Notes under the pieces: model-generated | Databases searched by the model: none | Told to the model about the DNA's origin: nothing | The model's input: only the letters and a program-made list of their open reading frames with translations | Assembly (NCBI GenBank): GCA_038113315.1 | Contig: JAYNOQ010000003.1 | Coordinates: forward strand, 1-46,205 | Length of the DNA stretch: 46,205 nucleotides | Direction of reading: 5' to 3' | DNA from: Flammeovirgaceae bacterium | Lineage (GTDB): Bacteria > Bacteroidota > Bacteroidia > Cytophagales > MED-G16 | Made by a program: the position numbers and the translations under genes | In this document: positions 7,499 to 16,773 of the stretch, one piece after another | How positions within the stretch are numbered: the first letter of the stretch is position 1 | How the letters are laid out: every line of letters begins with the position of its first letter

Positions 7499-8874
7499 TG
7501 GAAAAGGTTTTATTTCTATTGTCTGCTTTTTTGTTAGTTTGGGGTTTGAGGCTCCAAAGCGATCCTGCTTCTGCAAGTAAGGGAAACAAGTTAGCTTCAG
7601 TAGGCATGTTATTAGCGATTTTCTCTGCTATAATTATGCCACTAGAAAATAGTAGTTCAAATTTAATTTGGGTTATTGTACCCTTATTTCTTTCATCTGT
7701 AATTGGATATTTTATTGCTCAAAAAATTAAAATGACATCGATGCCTCAGATGGTATCAATTTTTAATGGTTTAGGTGGATTAAGTGCTGTGTTATTATCA
7801 TTTACTGAGATTTATAAATGGATAGCTCTTCCTGATTCCTATGATATTACTGTAGTAATAGTTCTTATTTCTAGTTTATTTATTGGTTCGGTTGCATTTA
7901 CTGGAAGTTTACTTGCTTTTGCAAAACTTGATGGATACAGATGGTCAGAAAAACTAACCCTACCTTTTCAGCACATAGTCAATATAATTTTTCTTTCATT
8001 AATAGTTGGTTCTTCATATCTATTTGTAGCTAATCCTGATATTTCATATTTATATCTTATAATTATTCTTTCATTTATTTATGGAATATTTTTTGTTGCT
8101 CCGATTGGTGGAGCTGATATGCCTGTTGTTATTTCTTTATTAAATTCATTTACTGGAATAACTGCTGCTTTAACAGGTATCATTTTTGGAAATATTGTAA
8201 TGTTACTAGGTGGAATTTTAGTGGGTGCTGCAGGAACTATATTAACTATATTAATGTGCAATGCAATGAATAGATCATTGCTTAATGTAATAATTGGAGG
8301 ATTTTCCTCTAGTGGTTCCTCAAAAGAAAATAAAGAACAAGGAGATATTAATGAAATTTCTGACTCTGATTTCGCGGTTCAATTATTTTATTCAAATAAA
8401 GTTATAATTATACCTGGATATGGACTAGCTGTTGCTCAAGCTCAAAAGTTATGTAAGGAGATTCAAGAGACTTTAGAGGCAAATGATGTTGAAGTTAAGT
8501 ATGCTATACATCCAGTTGCTGGAAGAATGCCCGGCCACATGAATGTATTATTAGCTGAGGCAGATGTTGATTATGCTAAATTAATAGAATTAGAACAAGC
8601 AAATGAAGAATTTAAATCTACAGATTTAGCTGTAATAATTGGAGCAAATGATGTTGTAAATCCTGATGCTATTGATGATTCTTCTAGCCCTTTATTTGGT
8701 ATGCCTATTTTGAAAGTATGGGAGTCAACATCTACTGTAGTTTTGAAAAGAAGTATGTCTGCAGGATATGCTGGAGTTCAAAATCCACTATTTTTCAAAA
8801 AAAATAATAAGATGTATTTTGGTGATGCTAAAGAAAGTCTTCAAAGATTATCATCAGAGCTTAAAAATCTATAA
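7498..8874 (+). CDS. pntB: NAD(P) transhydrogenase subunit beta (dII membrane domain plus dIII NADP(H) domain)
   Basis: 458 aa. The N-terminal part is a multi-pass membrane domain. The C-terminal soluble domain carries PGYGLAVAQAQ and HPVAGRMPGHMNVLLAEA, which are hallmarks of PntB. The TAATG start overlaps the pntAB stop by 1 nt. Confidence 0.9.
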   Translation: MEKVLFLLSAFLLVWGLRLQSDPASASKGNKLASVGMLLAIFSAIIMPLENSSSNLIWVIVPLFLSSVIGYFIAQKIKMTSMPQMVSIFNGLGGLSAVLLSFTEIYKWIALPDSYDITVVIVLISSLFIGSVAFTGSLLAFAKLDGYRWSEKLTLPFQHIVNIIFLSLIVGSSYLFVANPDISYLYLIIILSFIYGIFFVAPIGGADMPVVISLLNSFTGITAALTGIIFGNIVMLLGGILVGAAGTILTILMCNAMNRSLLNVIIGGFSSSGSSKENKEQGDINEISDSDFAVQLFYSNKVIIIPGYGLAVAQAQKLCKEIQETLEANDVEVKYAIHPVAGRMPGHMNVLLAEADVDYAKLIELEQANEEFKSTDLAVIIGANDVVNPDAIDDSSSPLFGMPILKVWESTSTVVLKRSMSAGYAGVQNPLFFKKNNKMYFGDAKESLQRLSSELKNL

Positions 8875-8897
8875 AAAATTTTTTTTAAATTGAATTC

Positions 8898-10442
8898 ATG
8901 ACTAGGAGTTCAATATTTTTCATTTTCTTATTAATATCTTCTTGTAATCTTTCTCAAAATGAAAAACCTAATATTATTTTATTTTTTTATGATGACTTAG
9001 GATACGGTGAATTAGGTGTATATGGTCAAAAAATTATTGAAACAAAGAATATTGATAAATTAGCCAATAATGGTCTAAAGTTTACAAATTTTTATTCAGG
9101 ATCTCCAGTATGTGCTCCATCAAGAAGCATCTTACTAACCGGTCTTCATGGTGGTCATACGAAAATTAGGGGTAATCACGAGTATGGAAGCAGGGGAGAT
9201 GTATGGGATTATAATAAAATGTCTGAAGATCCAAATTTAGAGGGGCAGTATCCAATAGGTAAATCTGAATTAATTTTTCCTAAATTATTAAAGGGAGCAG
9301 GTTATATTAATGGAATGGTAGGTAAGTGGGGTTTAGGTCCTCCAAATTCTACCTCAATTCCTACAGAAATGGGTTTCAGTTATTTCTATGGATATAATTG
9401 CCAAAGGATGGCACATAATCTTTATCCTCCTCATCTATGGGAAAATGATAAAAGAGATTTTTTAGATAATAAGGTTGTGTCACCTAGGTTAAAACTTCAA
9501 GAAGGTCAAGATCCATATGATGAAAGTAATTATAAAGTATTTAATCAAAATGATTATGCACCTGACAAAATGCATGTTAAAGCACAAGAATTTATAGAAA
9601 ATAATTACGATAATCCTTTCTTTCTTTATTACGCAAGCCCAATTCCACATGCACCTTTACAAGCGCCTCAGTATTTAGTAGATAAGTATAGAAATATAAT
9701 TGGTGAAGAGGATCCATATTTAGGTGATAAGGGTTATTTTCCAACTAGATATCCAAGAGCGACTTATGCTGCAATGATAGAATATATTGATATTCAGGTA
9801 GGTGAGATAGTTGATCAGTTAAAAAGATTAAATATTTATGATAACACTATCATTTTAATTACCAGTGATAATGGTCCTACATATGCTGGAGGGGTTGATT
9901 TTGAATATTTTAATAGTACTGGCTTATTTCAAAATGATCCTAAGAGAATGAAGGGTTATACTTATGAGGGTGGAGTAAGAGTACCTTTTATTGTTTCTTG
10001 GCCTAATAAAATTAAAAATAAAAGAGTAATAGATGAAGTGTCAATTTCATATGATATTTTTCCCACTATAAGTGAATTATCTGGTGTAGATGAATTATTT
10101 ACTTATTCAACAGATGGAGTTAGTTTGATTGATATTTTTACAGATAAAAAAAAATCTTTAGAAAGAGATTATATCTATTGGGAATTCCCATCTTACGGAG
10201 GACAGCAAGCAGCTAGAATGGGTGATTATAAAGCAATTTTAAAAGATATTAAGAAGGGAAATAGAAAAATAGAATTATTTGATCTTTCCTTAGATTTAAA
10301 AGAACAAAATGATATATCATCTGAATATCCTGAAGTAGTCAGGAACTTTGAAAATATTTTTAAAAAGGAACATATTAAATCTGAAATAAAAAGATTTGAA
10401 ATGGGCTATATTGATGAAAAAAAACCTTTGAAAAATGAATAA
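8898..10442 (+). CDS. formylglycine-dependent sulfatase (arylsulfatase family), lipoprotein
   Basis: 514 aa. It has a lipoprotein signal (FLLISSC) and the metal-binding DDLGYG motif. The C-x-P-x-R formylglycine motif CAPSRSILLTG is present, with Cys72 at codon 9111..9113. SDNGP lies downstream. Confidence 0.85.
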   Translation: MTRSSIFFIFLLISSCNLSQNEKPNIILFFYDDLGYGELGVYGQKIIETKNIDKLANNGLKFTNFYSGSPVCAPSRSILLTGLHGGHTKIRGNHEYGSRGDVWDYNKMSEDPNLEGQYPIGKSELIFPKLLKGAGYINGMVGKWGLGPPNSTSIPTEMGFSYFYGYNCQRMAHNLYPPHLWENDKRDFLDNKVVSPRLKLQEGQDPYDESNYKVFNQNDYAPDKMHVKAQEFIENNYDNPFFLYYASPIPHAPLQAPQYLVDKYRNIIGEEDPYLGDKGYFPTRYPRATYAAMIEYIDIQVGEIVDQLKRLNIYDNTIILITSDNGPTYAGGVDFEYFNSTGLFQNDPKRMKGYTYEGGVRVPFIVSWPNKIKNKRVIDEVSISYDIFPTISELSGVDELFTYSTDGVSLIDIFTDKKKSLERDYIYWEFPSYGGQQAARMGDYKAILKDIKKGNRKIELFDLSLDLKEQNDISSEYPEVVRNFENIFKKEHIKSEIKRFEMGYIDEKKPLKNE

Positions 10443-11826
10443 AATAAATAGAAGAAATTTTATAAAAAAAACATCTTTATCTGGAGCTGCAATTGCAACT
10501 GCATCTGCTTTATCTTCATCTAAGTACAAAGAGAGAGATAAATTATCTGAGTATATGGGTGATTTTTCAGCTCCAAAATTAGATAAGGTTAGACTCGCCT
10601 TTATAGGTGTTGGTGCAAGAGGTACTGGTCATGCTAAACAGTTAGCCACAATAAAGGGAACTGAGGTTGTAGCAATATGTGATTTATACAAGGATTTAGC
10701 AGAAAGATCTAAAAGATTATGTTTAGAAGCCGATAATCAAAGGCATAAGAATTTAAAGTTATATCATAGTAATGAAAATGATTGGATAAAGATGATAGAA
10801 GATACAAGACCTGATGCTGTATTTATTTCTACAAATTGGGATAATCATGCTCCTATGGTTATAAAGGCTATGGAATTAGGATCCCATGCTTTTGTAGAGG
10901 TCCCTATGGCAACTAATTTAAAAGATCTATGGGAAATTATAGATACATCTGAAAAAACAAGAAAGCACTGTATGATGATGGAAAATGTTAATTATGGACG
11001 TGATGAGCTTATGTTTTTAAATATGTGTAGGAAGGGGTATATAGGTGAATTTCTTCATGCTGAAGCTGCTTATATTCATGAGCTTAGATTTCAGATGGAG
11101 GAGCAAGAAAGAGGAACAGGTTCTTGGAGGACTCATCACTATGCTAAAAGTAAAGGAAACCTATATCCAACTCATGGTCTAGGTCCAGTTGCTCAGTATA
11201 TGAATTTAGCTAGAGGGGATGATAATTTTAAATCATTGGTATCTTATTCAACTCCTTCACTAGGAAGAAAATTATATGCTGAAAAAAACTATTCCTTAGA
11301 TCATAAATGGAATAAACTAGAATATAATAATGGTGATTTAAACACTTCTATTATTAAGACTTCAATAGGAAGAACAATAATGGTACAATGGGATGAAACA
11401 AGTCCAAGACCTTATTCAAGACACAATCTTATACAAGGTACAAAAGGTATATTAGCTGGATTTCCAACAAGGGTTGCCATGGATGGAGGTGTGGAAGGTA
11501 TAACAAAAAATCATCATTCTTGGGCTCAAGGTGAAGACTTAGAAAAACTTTATGAAAAATATGATCACCCACTTTATAAAAGGGTAGGTGAAGAAGCTAG
11601 GAGAATGGGAGGACACGGAGGAATGGATTTTATAATGAGATTCCGAATCATTGAATGTCTAAGAAAAGGGACTCCTCTAGATCAGAACGTTTATGAAGGA
11701 TGTTTTTGGAGTGCAGTCACACCATTAAGTGCAGATTCTATACTTAATGATGGAGCACCTCAAAAATTTCCAGACTTTACCAGAGGTAACTGGAAATCAA
11801 CAAATCAACTTGATATTATATCTTAA
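10435..11826 (+). CDS. TAT-exported Gfo/Idh/MocA-fold NAD-dependent enzyme, GH109-like (alpha-N-acetylgalactosaminidase-like)
   Basis: 463 aa. It has the twin-arginine signal NRRNFIKKTSLSGAAIATASA and the Rossmann motif FIGVGARGTGHA. The size and architecture fit the Bacteroidota GH109 family. It overlaps the sulfatase gene by 8 nt. Confidence 0.6.
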   Translation: MNKINRRNFIKKTSLSGAAIATASALSSSKYKERDKLSEYMGDFSAPKLDKVRLAFIGVGARGTGHAKQLATIKGTEVVAICDLYKDLAERSKRLCLEADNQRHKNLKLYHSNENDWIKMIEDTRPDAVFISTNWDNHAPMVIKAMELGSHAFVEVPMATNLKDLWEIIDTSEKTRKHCMMMENVNYGRDELMFLNMCRKGYIGEFLHAEAAYIHELRFQMEEQERGTGSWRTHHYAKSKGNLYPTHGLGPVAQYMNLARGDDNFKSLVSYSTPSLGRKLYAEKNYSLDHKWNKLEYNNGDLNTSIIKTSIGRTIMVQWDETSPRPYSRHNLIQGTKGILAGFPTRVAMDGGVEGITKNHHSWAQGEDLEKLYEKYDHPLYKRVGEEARRMGGHGGMDFIMRFRIIECLRKGTPLDQNVYEGCFWSAVTPLSADSILNDGAPQKFPDFTRGNWKSTNQLDIIS

Positions 11827-14800
11827 TTGTTTGCTCCAATAATTAGTGGAGCACTCATTTTATCTAGTTCAATTTTCAAATTTGGTAAATTACCAGAAAT
11901 AGCGTCAAGTTCAACATATAACTTATCAAGCATACTGTTTGCAATATTTAAACTTTGCTTGTGTTGACCAGTAGGACCGTATGTTGATGTTAATCCTCTA
12001 TATGCATTTCCTATGTAGCTACTTACAGTAGGATCATTTTTAACCCCTACTTCAGATTTAGCTGAGTTTCCATATACTTTCTTTGATAATTGGTTTAGTT
12101 GTTCTTCAATATCAAATAATCTTTTACTTAACTCATTATTAACACTTTTAGATCTGCTCAATGAAATCCTCATTGCTTTTATCATATTCATAGTTTCGTT
12201 CATGTTATCTGAGAGTGCCGATTGTCTATTTTGTACTGAAATTAAATTTTCAGCATGAGTGTTGTATTCCTCGTAACTCATACCTTGTAATGTACCTCTT
12301 TCTAAGTCAACAACATTAAAAGTTATAGGGTCATCTAACTCAATAGATACTCCTTCATCTTCCTTAACTAGAGTTGCAGTATAAGATCCAGGAGATGCTA
12401 ATTGTCCAGAATTATACCATCCTCTTCCTCCACGACCACTTCTTGGAAGTCTATCTGGATTGATTGCAGTAGCACTTGAATGTCTTAAATTCCAAGCAAC
12501 TCTGTTCAAACCTTTAGATTTTGGAGCAGAAATTTTATTGATAATATTTCCATTTAAATCTTTAACTACGACATATATCTTAGTTGTTTCTTCTCTACCT
12601 TCCTTCTCTATTGCATCCCAATCAATTCCAGGAATTTGTTGACCTTTTTTAATCATTTCCTTTTCTATCTTTTTTCTTTCAGATTTCATAGAAGGATATG
12701 ACTTTGATAGATGATAAGTGAATACAGCACCAAAATCAGGATTTTGAGCGAAATAATAGTCACCGCCTGTATTTCCAATAGTACTTTTTGGGAGATACCA
12801 CAATGCATCTCTAGTGTTAAATAGTTTTCCCTCTTTTGATAAATTATCAGAAGTCATCTCTCTTAATGCAGAATAATCATCTAGCACGAAGAAGCCTCTA
12901 CCAAAAGATGCTCCAACAAGGTCATTTTCTCTTTTTTGTATTGTAATATCTCTAAAAGAAATTGTAGGTGCTCCTGGAACTTTATTCCAGCTCTTACCAC
13001 CGTTTATGGTAACATATATAGCTGTTTCAGTTGCGCAGAACATTAAGTCTTTAGCAATATGATCTTGAACTAATCTCCAAACAAGGTTTCTCTTTGGAAG
13101 GTTACTAGAAATTGAAGTCCATGTTTCACCAAGGTCTGTACTTTTAAATAAGTAAGGATTGAAATCACCTTCTTTATGATTATCAAGTGATACGTAAACT
13201 GTGTTTGCATCAAAATTATCAGCTTTGATATCATTGATAAAAGTTCTTGCTGGAAGTCCTAGTTTTGTTACAGGAATTTTTTTCCATGATTCGCCACCAT
13301 TAGTTGTAACCTGAATTATTCCATCATCAGTTCCAGCATAGATAACACCTTCTCTAACTGGAGATTCAGATATCGATGTTATAGTATTATAATTAGACAT
13401 AGCCTTTACATCCCAAGAATTATCCCATCCATGTCTTCTCCCCATAATAGGAAGATCTAACCTCTCTTCATTTCTAGTCAAGTCACCAGAAATTGGTTCC
13501 CAGCTGTCTCCTCTATCTTCTGACTTCCATACTCTCTGAGAAGCAAAGAAAAGCCTTTCTGGCTTATGAGGGCTAACTAAAATAGGGGAATCCCAATTCC
13601 ATCTCTCATATTTTTCTCCTTCTCTGGGTTGAGGCTGAATTAGAACTGCTTCGCCAGTTTTAAGATCAACTCTATGAAGTACACCTTGTTGGAATTCTCC
13701 ATAAACAATATCATTATAAACTGGATCAGTAGCTGTCTGATGTCCATCAGCACCTAAAATTTTGTACCAGTGTGCATTTCTTATTCCTTGTCTTTCATCG
13801 GTTCTAACTGGTCCACCAGCAGAACCATTGTCTTGAGTTCCACCAAAAATATGATAGAATGGATAAGCATTGTTTACTGCTACTTTATAAAACTGAGTAA
13901 TTGGAAGATTTTTGTGATATTTCCATGTTTCAGCTAAATCAAAGGATTCATAAATACCTGCATCCGTTCCAACTAGAAGATAATTTGGATCATTTTCTCT
14001 AAATGCAATAGAGTGATTATCTGAGTGCTTATCTCTTTCCCTTAACTGGACAAAAGTTTTTCCACCATCTTCAGACGTTAAAATTCTAACATTCATTAGG
14101 TATAGTCTGTCAAATTTATGAGGACTAGCATACAGTTCTTGATAGTAATGAGGTCCTGTTGCACCAGATACTGTGTTAGACATTTTTTTCCAAGATGAAC
14201 CTCTATCAATAGATCTGTAAACAGCACCTTTTGTTCTCTCTAGTTCTATAGCAGCATAAATGACATCTGGCTTTTGAGGTGAAATTGCAATACCGATTTT
14301 ACCTTTATTAGATCCCGGTAAACCTGATTTAAGTTCTGTCCAGGTTTCACCGCCGTCTTCAGATCTATGTAGTCCAGATTCTGGACCACCACCCATTAAT
14401 GCAGCTACAGTTCTGTGTCTTTGCCATGTAGCGGCATATAATCTATCAGGATTTCTTGGATCAATTAAAATATCAGTAACACCTGTCCATTCTCCACCTC
14501 CCAATACTTTTTTCCAGTTTTTCCCACCGTCAGTAGTTTTGTATAGTCCTCTTTCTCCACCTGAACTCCATAGTGGTCCCTGAGAAGCTACCCAAACTAT
14601 ATTAGAATTATTTGGATGAACAATAATTTTAGAGATATGTTCTGATTTTCTTAAACCCATATTTTTCCATGTTTTACCACCATTATCACTCATGAATACA
14701 CCATCACCGTATGCTACGTGTCTACCACCAACATTTTCACCTGTTCCTAGCCATATTATAGATGGATCATTAGGGTCTATCGTTACACAACCTGTTGAAT

Positions 14801-15092
14801 ATGTCGATTCATTATCAAAAATTGGTGTATATGTTGTTCCTGAATTTTCAGTTTTCCATACTCCACTTGATCCAGTGGCAACGTACCAGACATTATTATT
14901 TTCAGGATGAATTGCTATATCAGCAATTCTACCTGATAAAAAAGCAGGTCCAACATTTCTTAATTTTAGAGCAGATAGGGATAATTTACTTTCTTTTTGT
15001 TGTGTATTTGTTGATTGGTTATTTTTTCTTCTTTGAGAATTTACATCAAAGACAAAAAATGTTATTAGTGTTAGTAGTATAATCTTTTTCAT
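11823..15092 (-). CDS. BNR/Asp-box repeat protein (sortilin/VPS10-like double beta-propeller), secreted
   Basis: 1089 aa with a Sec signal. At least nine S-x-D-x-G-x-T-W Asp-boxes are present (SDNGGKTW, TTDGGKNW, SEDGGETW, SIDRGSSW, SEDGGKTF, SEDRGDSW, TTNGGESW, STDLGETW, TINGGKSW). The C-terminal ~250 aa are non-propeller and look helical. Confidence 0.75.
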   Translation of the reverse strand: MKKIILLTLITFFVFDVNSQRRKNNQSTNTQQKESKLSLSALKLRNVGPAFLSGRIADIAIHPENNNVWYVATGSSGVWKTENSGTTYTPIFDNESTYSTGCVTIDPNDPSIIWLGTGENVGGRHVAYGDGVFMSDNGGKTWKNMGLRKSEHISKIIVHPNNSNIVWVASQGPLWSSGGERGLYKTTDGGKNWKKVLGGGEWTGVTDILIDPRNPDRLYAATWQRHRTVAALMGGGPESGLHRSEDGGETWTELKSGLPGSNKGKIGIAISPQKPDVIYAAIELERTKGAVYRSIDRGSSWKKMSNTVSGATGPHYYQELYASPHKFDRLYLMNVRILTSEDGGKTFVQLRERDKHSDNHSIAFRENDPNYLLVGTDAGIYESFDLAETWKYHKNLPITQFYKVAVNNAYPFYHIFGGTQDNGSAGGPVRTDERQGIRNAHWYKILGADGHQTATDPVYNDIVYGEFQQGVLHRVDLKTGEAVLIQPQPREGEKYERWNWDSPILVSPHKPERLFFASQRVWKSEDRGDSWEPISGDLTRNEERLDLPIMGRRHGWDNSWDVKAMSNYNTITSISESPVREGVIYAGTDDGIIQVTTNGGESWKKIPVTKLGLPARTFINDIKADNFDANTVYVSLDNHKEGDFNPYLFKSTDLGETWTSISSNLPKRNLVWRLVQDHIAKDLMFCATETAIYVTINGGKSWNKVPGAPTISFRDITIQKRENDLVGASFGRGFFVLDDYSALREMTSDNLSKEGKLFNTRDALWYLPKSTIGNTGGDYYFAQNPDFGAVFTYHLSKSYPSMKSERKKIEKEMIKKGQQIPGIDWDAIEKEGREETTKIYVVVKDLNGNIINKISAPKSKGLNRVAWNLRHSSATAINPDRLPRSGRGGRGWYNSGQLASPGSYTATLVKEDEGVSIELDDPITFNVVDLERGTLQGMSYEEYNTHAENLISVQNRQSALSDNMNETMNMIKAMRISLSRSKSVNNELSKRLFDIEEQLNQLSKKVYGNSAKSEVGVKNDPTVSSYIGNAYRGLTSTYGPTGQHKQSLNIANSMLDKLYVELDAISGNLPNLKIELDKMSAPLIIGANN

Positions 15093-15200
15093 TATTTAAT
15101 GGGTTTATTAGAAAAATTAGGGAAGATAATTTATGAATTTTTTTTTAATTAGTAAATAAAATTTGGAACATTAAATAAAAAATTTATAGTTTTATAATAT

Positions 15201-15584
15201 ATGGATTTAATAACTAACGAACAATTACTTACATTTTTTCAATTAATAATTGCATTATCTGTAATACGTGTATGGACTATGAACTTTAATAAACCCTCTC
15301 GTTGGAGAGGAGGTGGAGCAAATAGTATGAAAGAAGAATTTATTGCTTATGGCTTACCATCTTGGTTAATGTATTTAGTGGGAACACTAAAAGTAGCATT
15401 CTCTATTGGTTTAATAGCCGGATTATGGGTACCTGAAGTCGTTAAATTTTCAGCTTCTGGAATAGCAATTATGATGTTTTTTGCTATTGTTATGCACGTG
15501 AAGATTAAAGACCCTATATCTAAGTCAATTCCTGCAATAACGTTTTTAATACTTTCTGTTTTAATTATTTTCATTGAAAGATAA
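15201..15584 (+). CDS. DoxX-like small integral membrane protein
   Basis: 127 aa with 4 predicted transmembrane helices. The size and topology fit the DoxX/DoxX-like family. The assignment is tentative. Confidence 0.45.
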   Translation: MDLITNEQLLTFFQLIIALSVIRVWTMNFNKPSRWRGGGANSMKEEFIAYGLPSWLMYLVGTLKVAFSIGLIAGLWVPEVVKFSASGIAIMMFFAIVMHVKIKDPISKSIPAITFLILSVLIIFIER

Positions 15585-16773
15585 GATATTACTATTATTT
15601 TCTTTGGTATTGATGTCTTGTAATAAAGAAAAAGATGTTACCTTATCTTTAAATTCCTTTCCAAAAAACTCATCTGAATCTTTTCTTTTATCTACAAATG
15701 ATAATTTATTTATATCGTGGACTGAACAAGTTGCTGACTCAAATTTCCTATACATAAGTAAACTTGAAGATAATTCTTGGTCTGATAAAAGTATAATCAA
15801 AAAGGGAAAAGATTGGTTTGTTAACTGGGCTGATTTTCCATCTATTTCATACAATGAAATTTCAAATTCTTTATTTTCATTCCATCTTCAAAAAAGCTCT
15901 GAAGAAACTTTTTCATATGATGTAAACTATCACATCAATCAAGGATCTAGTTGGAAAGATATGCAGAAAATTCACGATGATAACACATTTTCAGAGCATG
16001 GTTTTGTTTCATCAATTCCTTACAAAGATGGTTTTATGGTAAGTTGGCTTGATGGAAGAAATACGTATGGGAAGGGCCATGATGGTCATGCTAAGGGGGC
16101 AATGACAATAAGATCAGCTATACTTGATAATACTGGAAAAATTATTAATGAATCTTTAATCGATGGTATGGTCTGTGACTGTTGTCAAACTTCTATGGCT
16201 ATTTCAAATGATATTCCTATTATTGTTTATCGTGATAGATCTAAAGATGAAATAAGAGACATTTACTATTCAAGGTATATTGATTCTAACTGGACTGATC
16301 CAAAACCTATTCATGATGACGGATGGGAGATAAATGGTTGTCCTGTAAACGGACCAAATATAGATTCTAATGAAGAAAATGTTGTAGTGTCCTGGTTTTC
16401 TGCATCAAACGGAAGACCAAAAGTTAACCTTAAGTTTTCAAGAGATAATGGTAGAACTTTTGGTGATAAAATTTTAGTAGATAATATAGAAAATTCTCCT
16501 ATTGGAAGAGTTGATGTTGAGTTTATTAGCTCAGACGAAGTAATTATTAGCTGGTTATCAACTGTTGAAGGAAAAGGTAAACTATTAATGAGAAAAATAG
16601 GAGTTAATGGTAGTATTGGAGAAATTAAAGTTATTGATGAGGTTTCAACTGAGAGGTCAACTGGATTTCCACAAATAGAAAAATTTAATGATAACATTTA
16701 TATATCATGGACTGATAATACTCAACTAAATAAAAATGTAAGGGTGACTACATTACCAATATCAATTCTTTAG
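15574..16773 (+). CDS. sialidase-fold / BNR-like beta-propeller lipoprotein with conserved Cys motifs, function unknown
   Basis: 399 aa. It has a TTG start and a lipoprotein signal (LVLMSC). Motifs VCDCCQTS, RDRSKDEIRDI, NGCPVNGP and one Asp-box-like SRDNGRTF recall the family usually auto-annotated as exo-alpha-sialidase/sialidase family protein. It overlaps the DoxX-like gene by 11 nt. Confidence 0.5.
   Translation: MKDKILLLFSLVLMSCNKEKDVTLSLNSFPKNSSESFLLSTNDNLFISWTEQVADSNFLYISKLEDNSWSDKSIIKKGKDWFVNWADFPSISYNEISNSLFSFHLQKSSEETFSYDVNYHINQGSSWKDMQKIHDDNTFSEHGFVSSIPYKDGFMVSWLDGRNTYGKGHDGHAKGAMTIRSAILDNTGKIINESLIDGMVCDCCQTSMAISNDIPIIVYRDRSKDEIRDIYYSRYIDSNWTDPKPIHDDGWEINGCPVNGPNIDSNEENVVVSWFSASNGRPKVNLKFSRDNGRTFGDKILVDNIENSPIGRVDVEFISSDEVIISWLSTVEGKGKLLMRKIGVNGSIGEIKVIDEVSTERSTGFPQIEKFNDNIYISWTDNTQLNKNVRVTTLPISIL

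Noticed and set aside
8873-8886. A6T8 palindrome after pntB as a possible terminator
   Set aside because: It is a pure A/T stem with no stable hairpin, and the next gene starts 12 nt later. It is more likely just spacer sequence.
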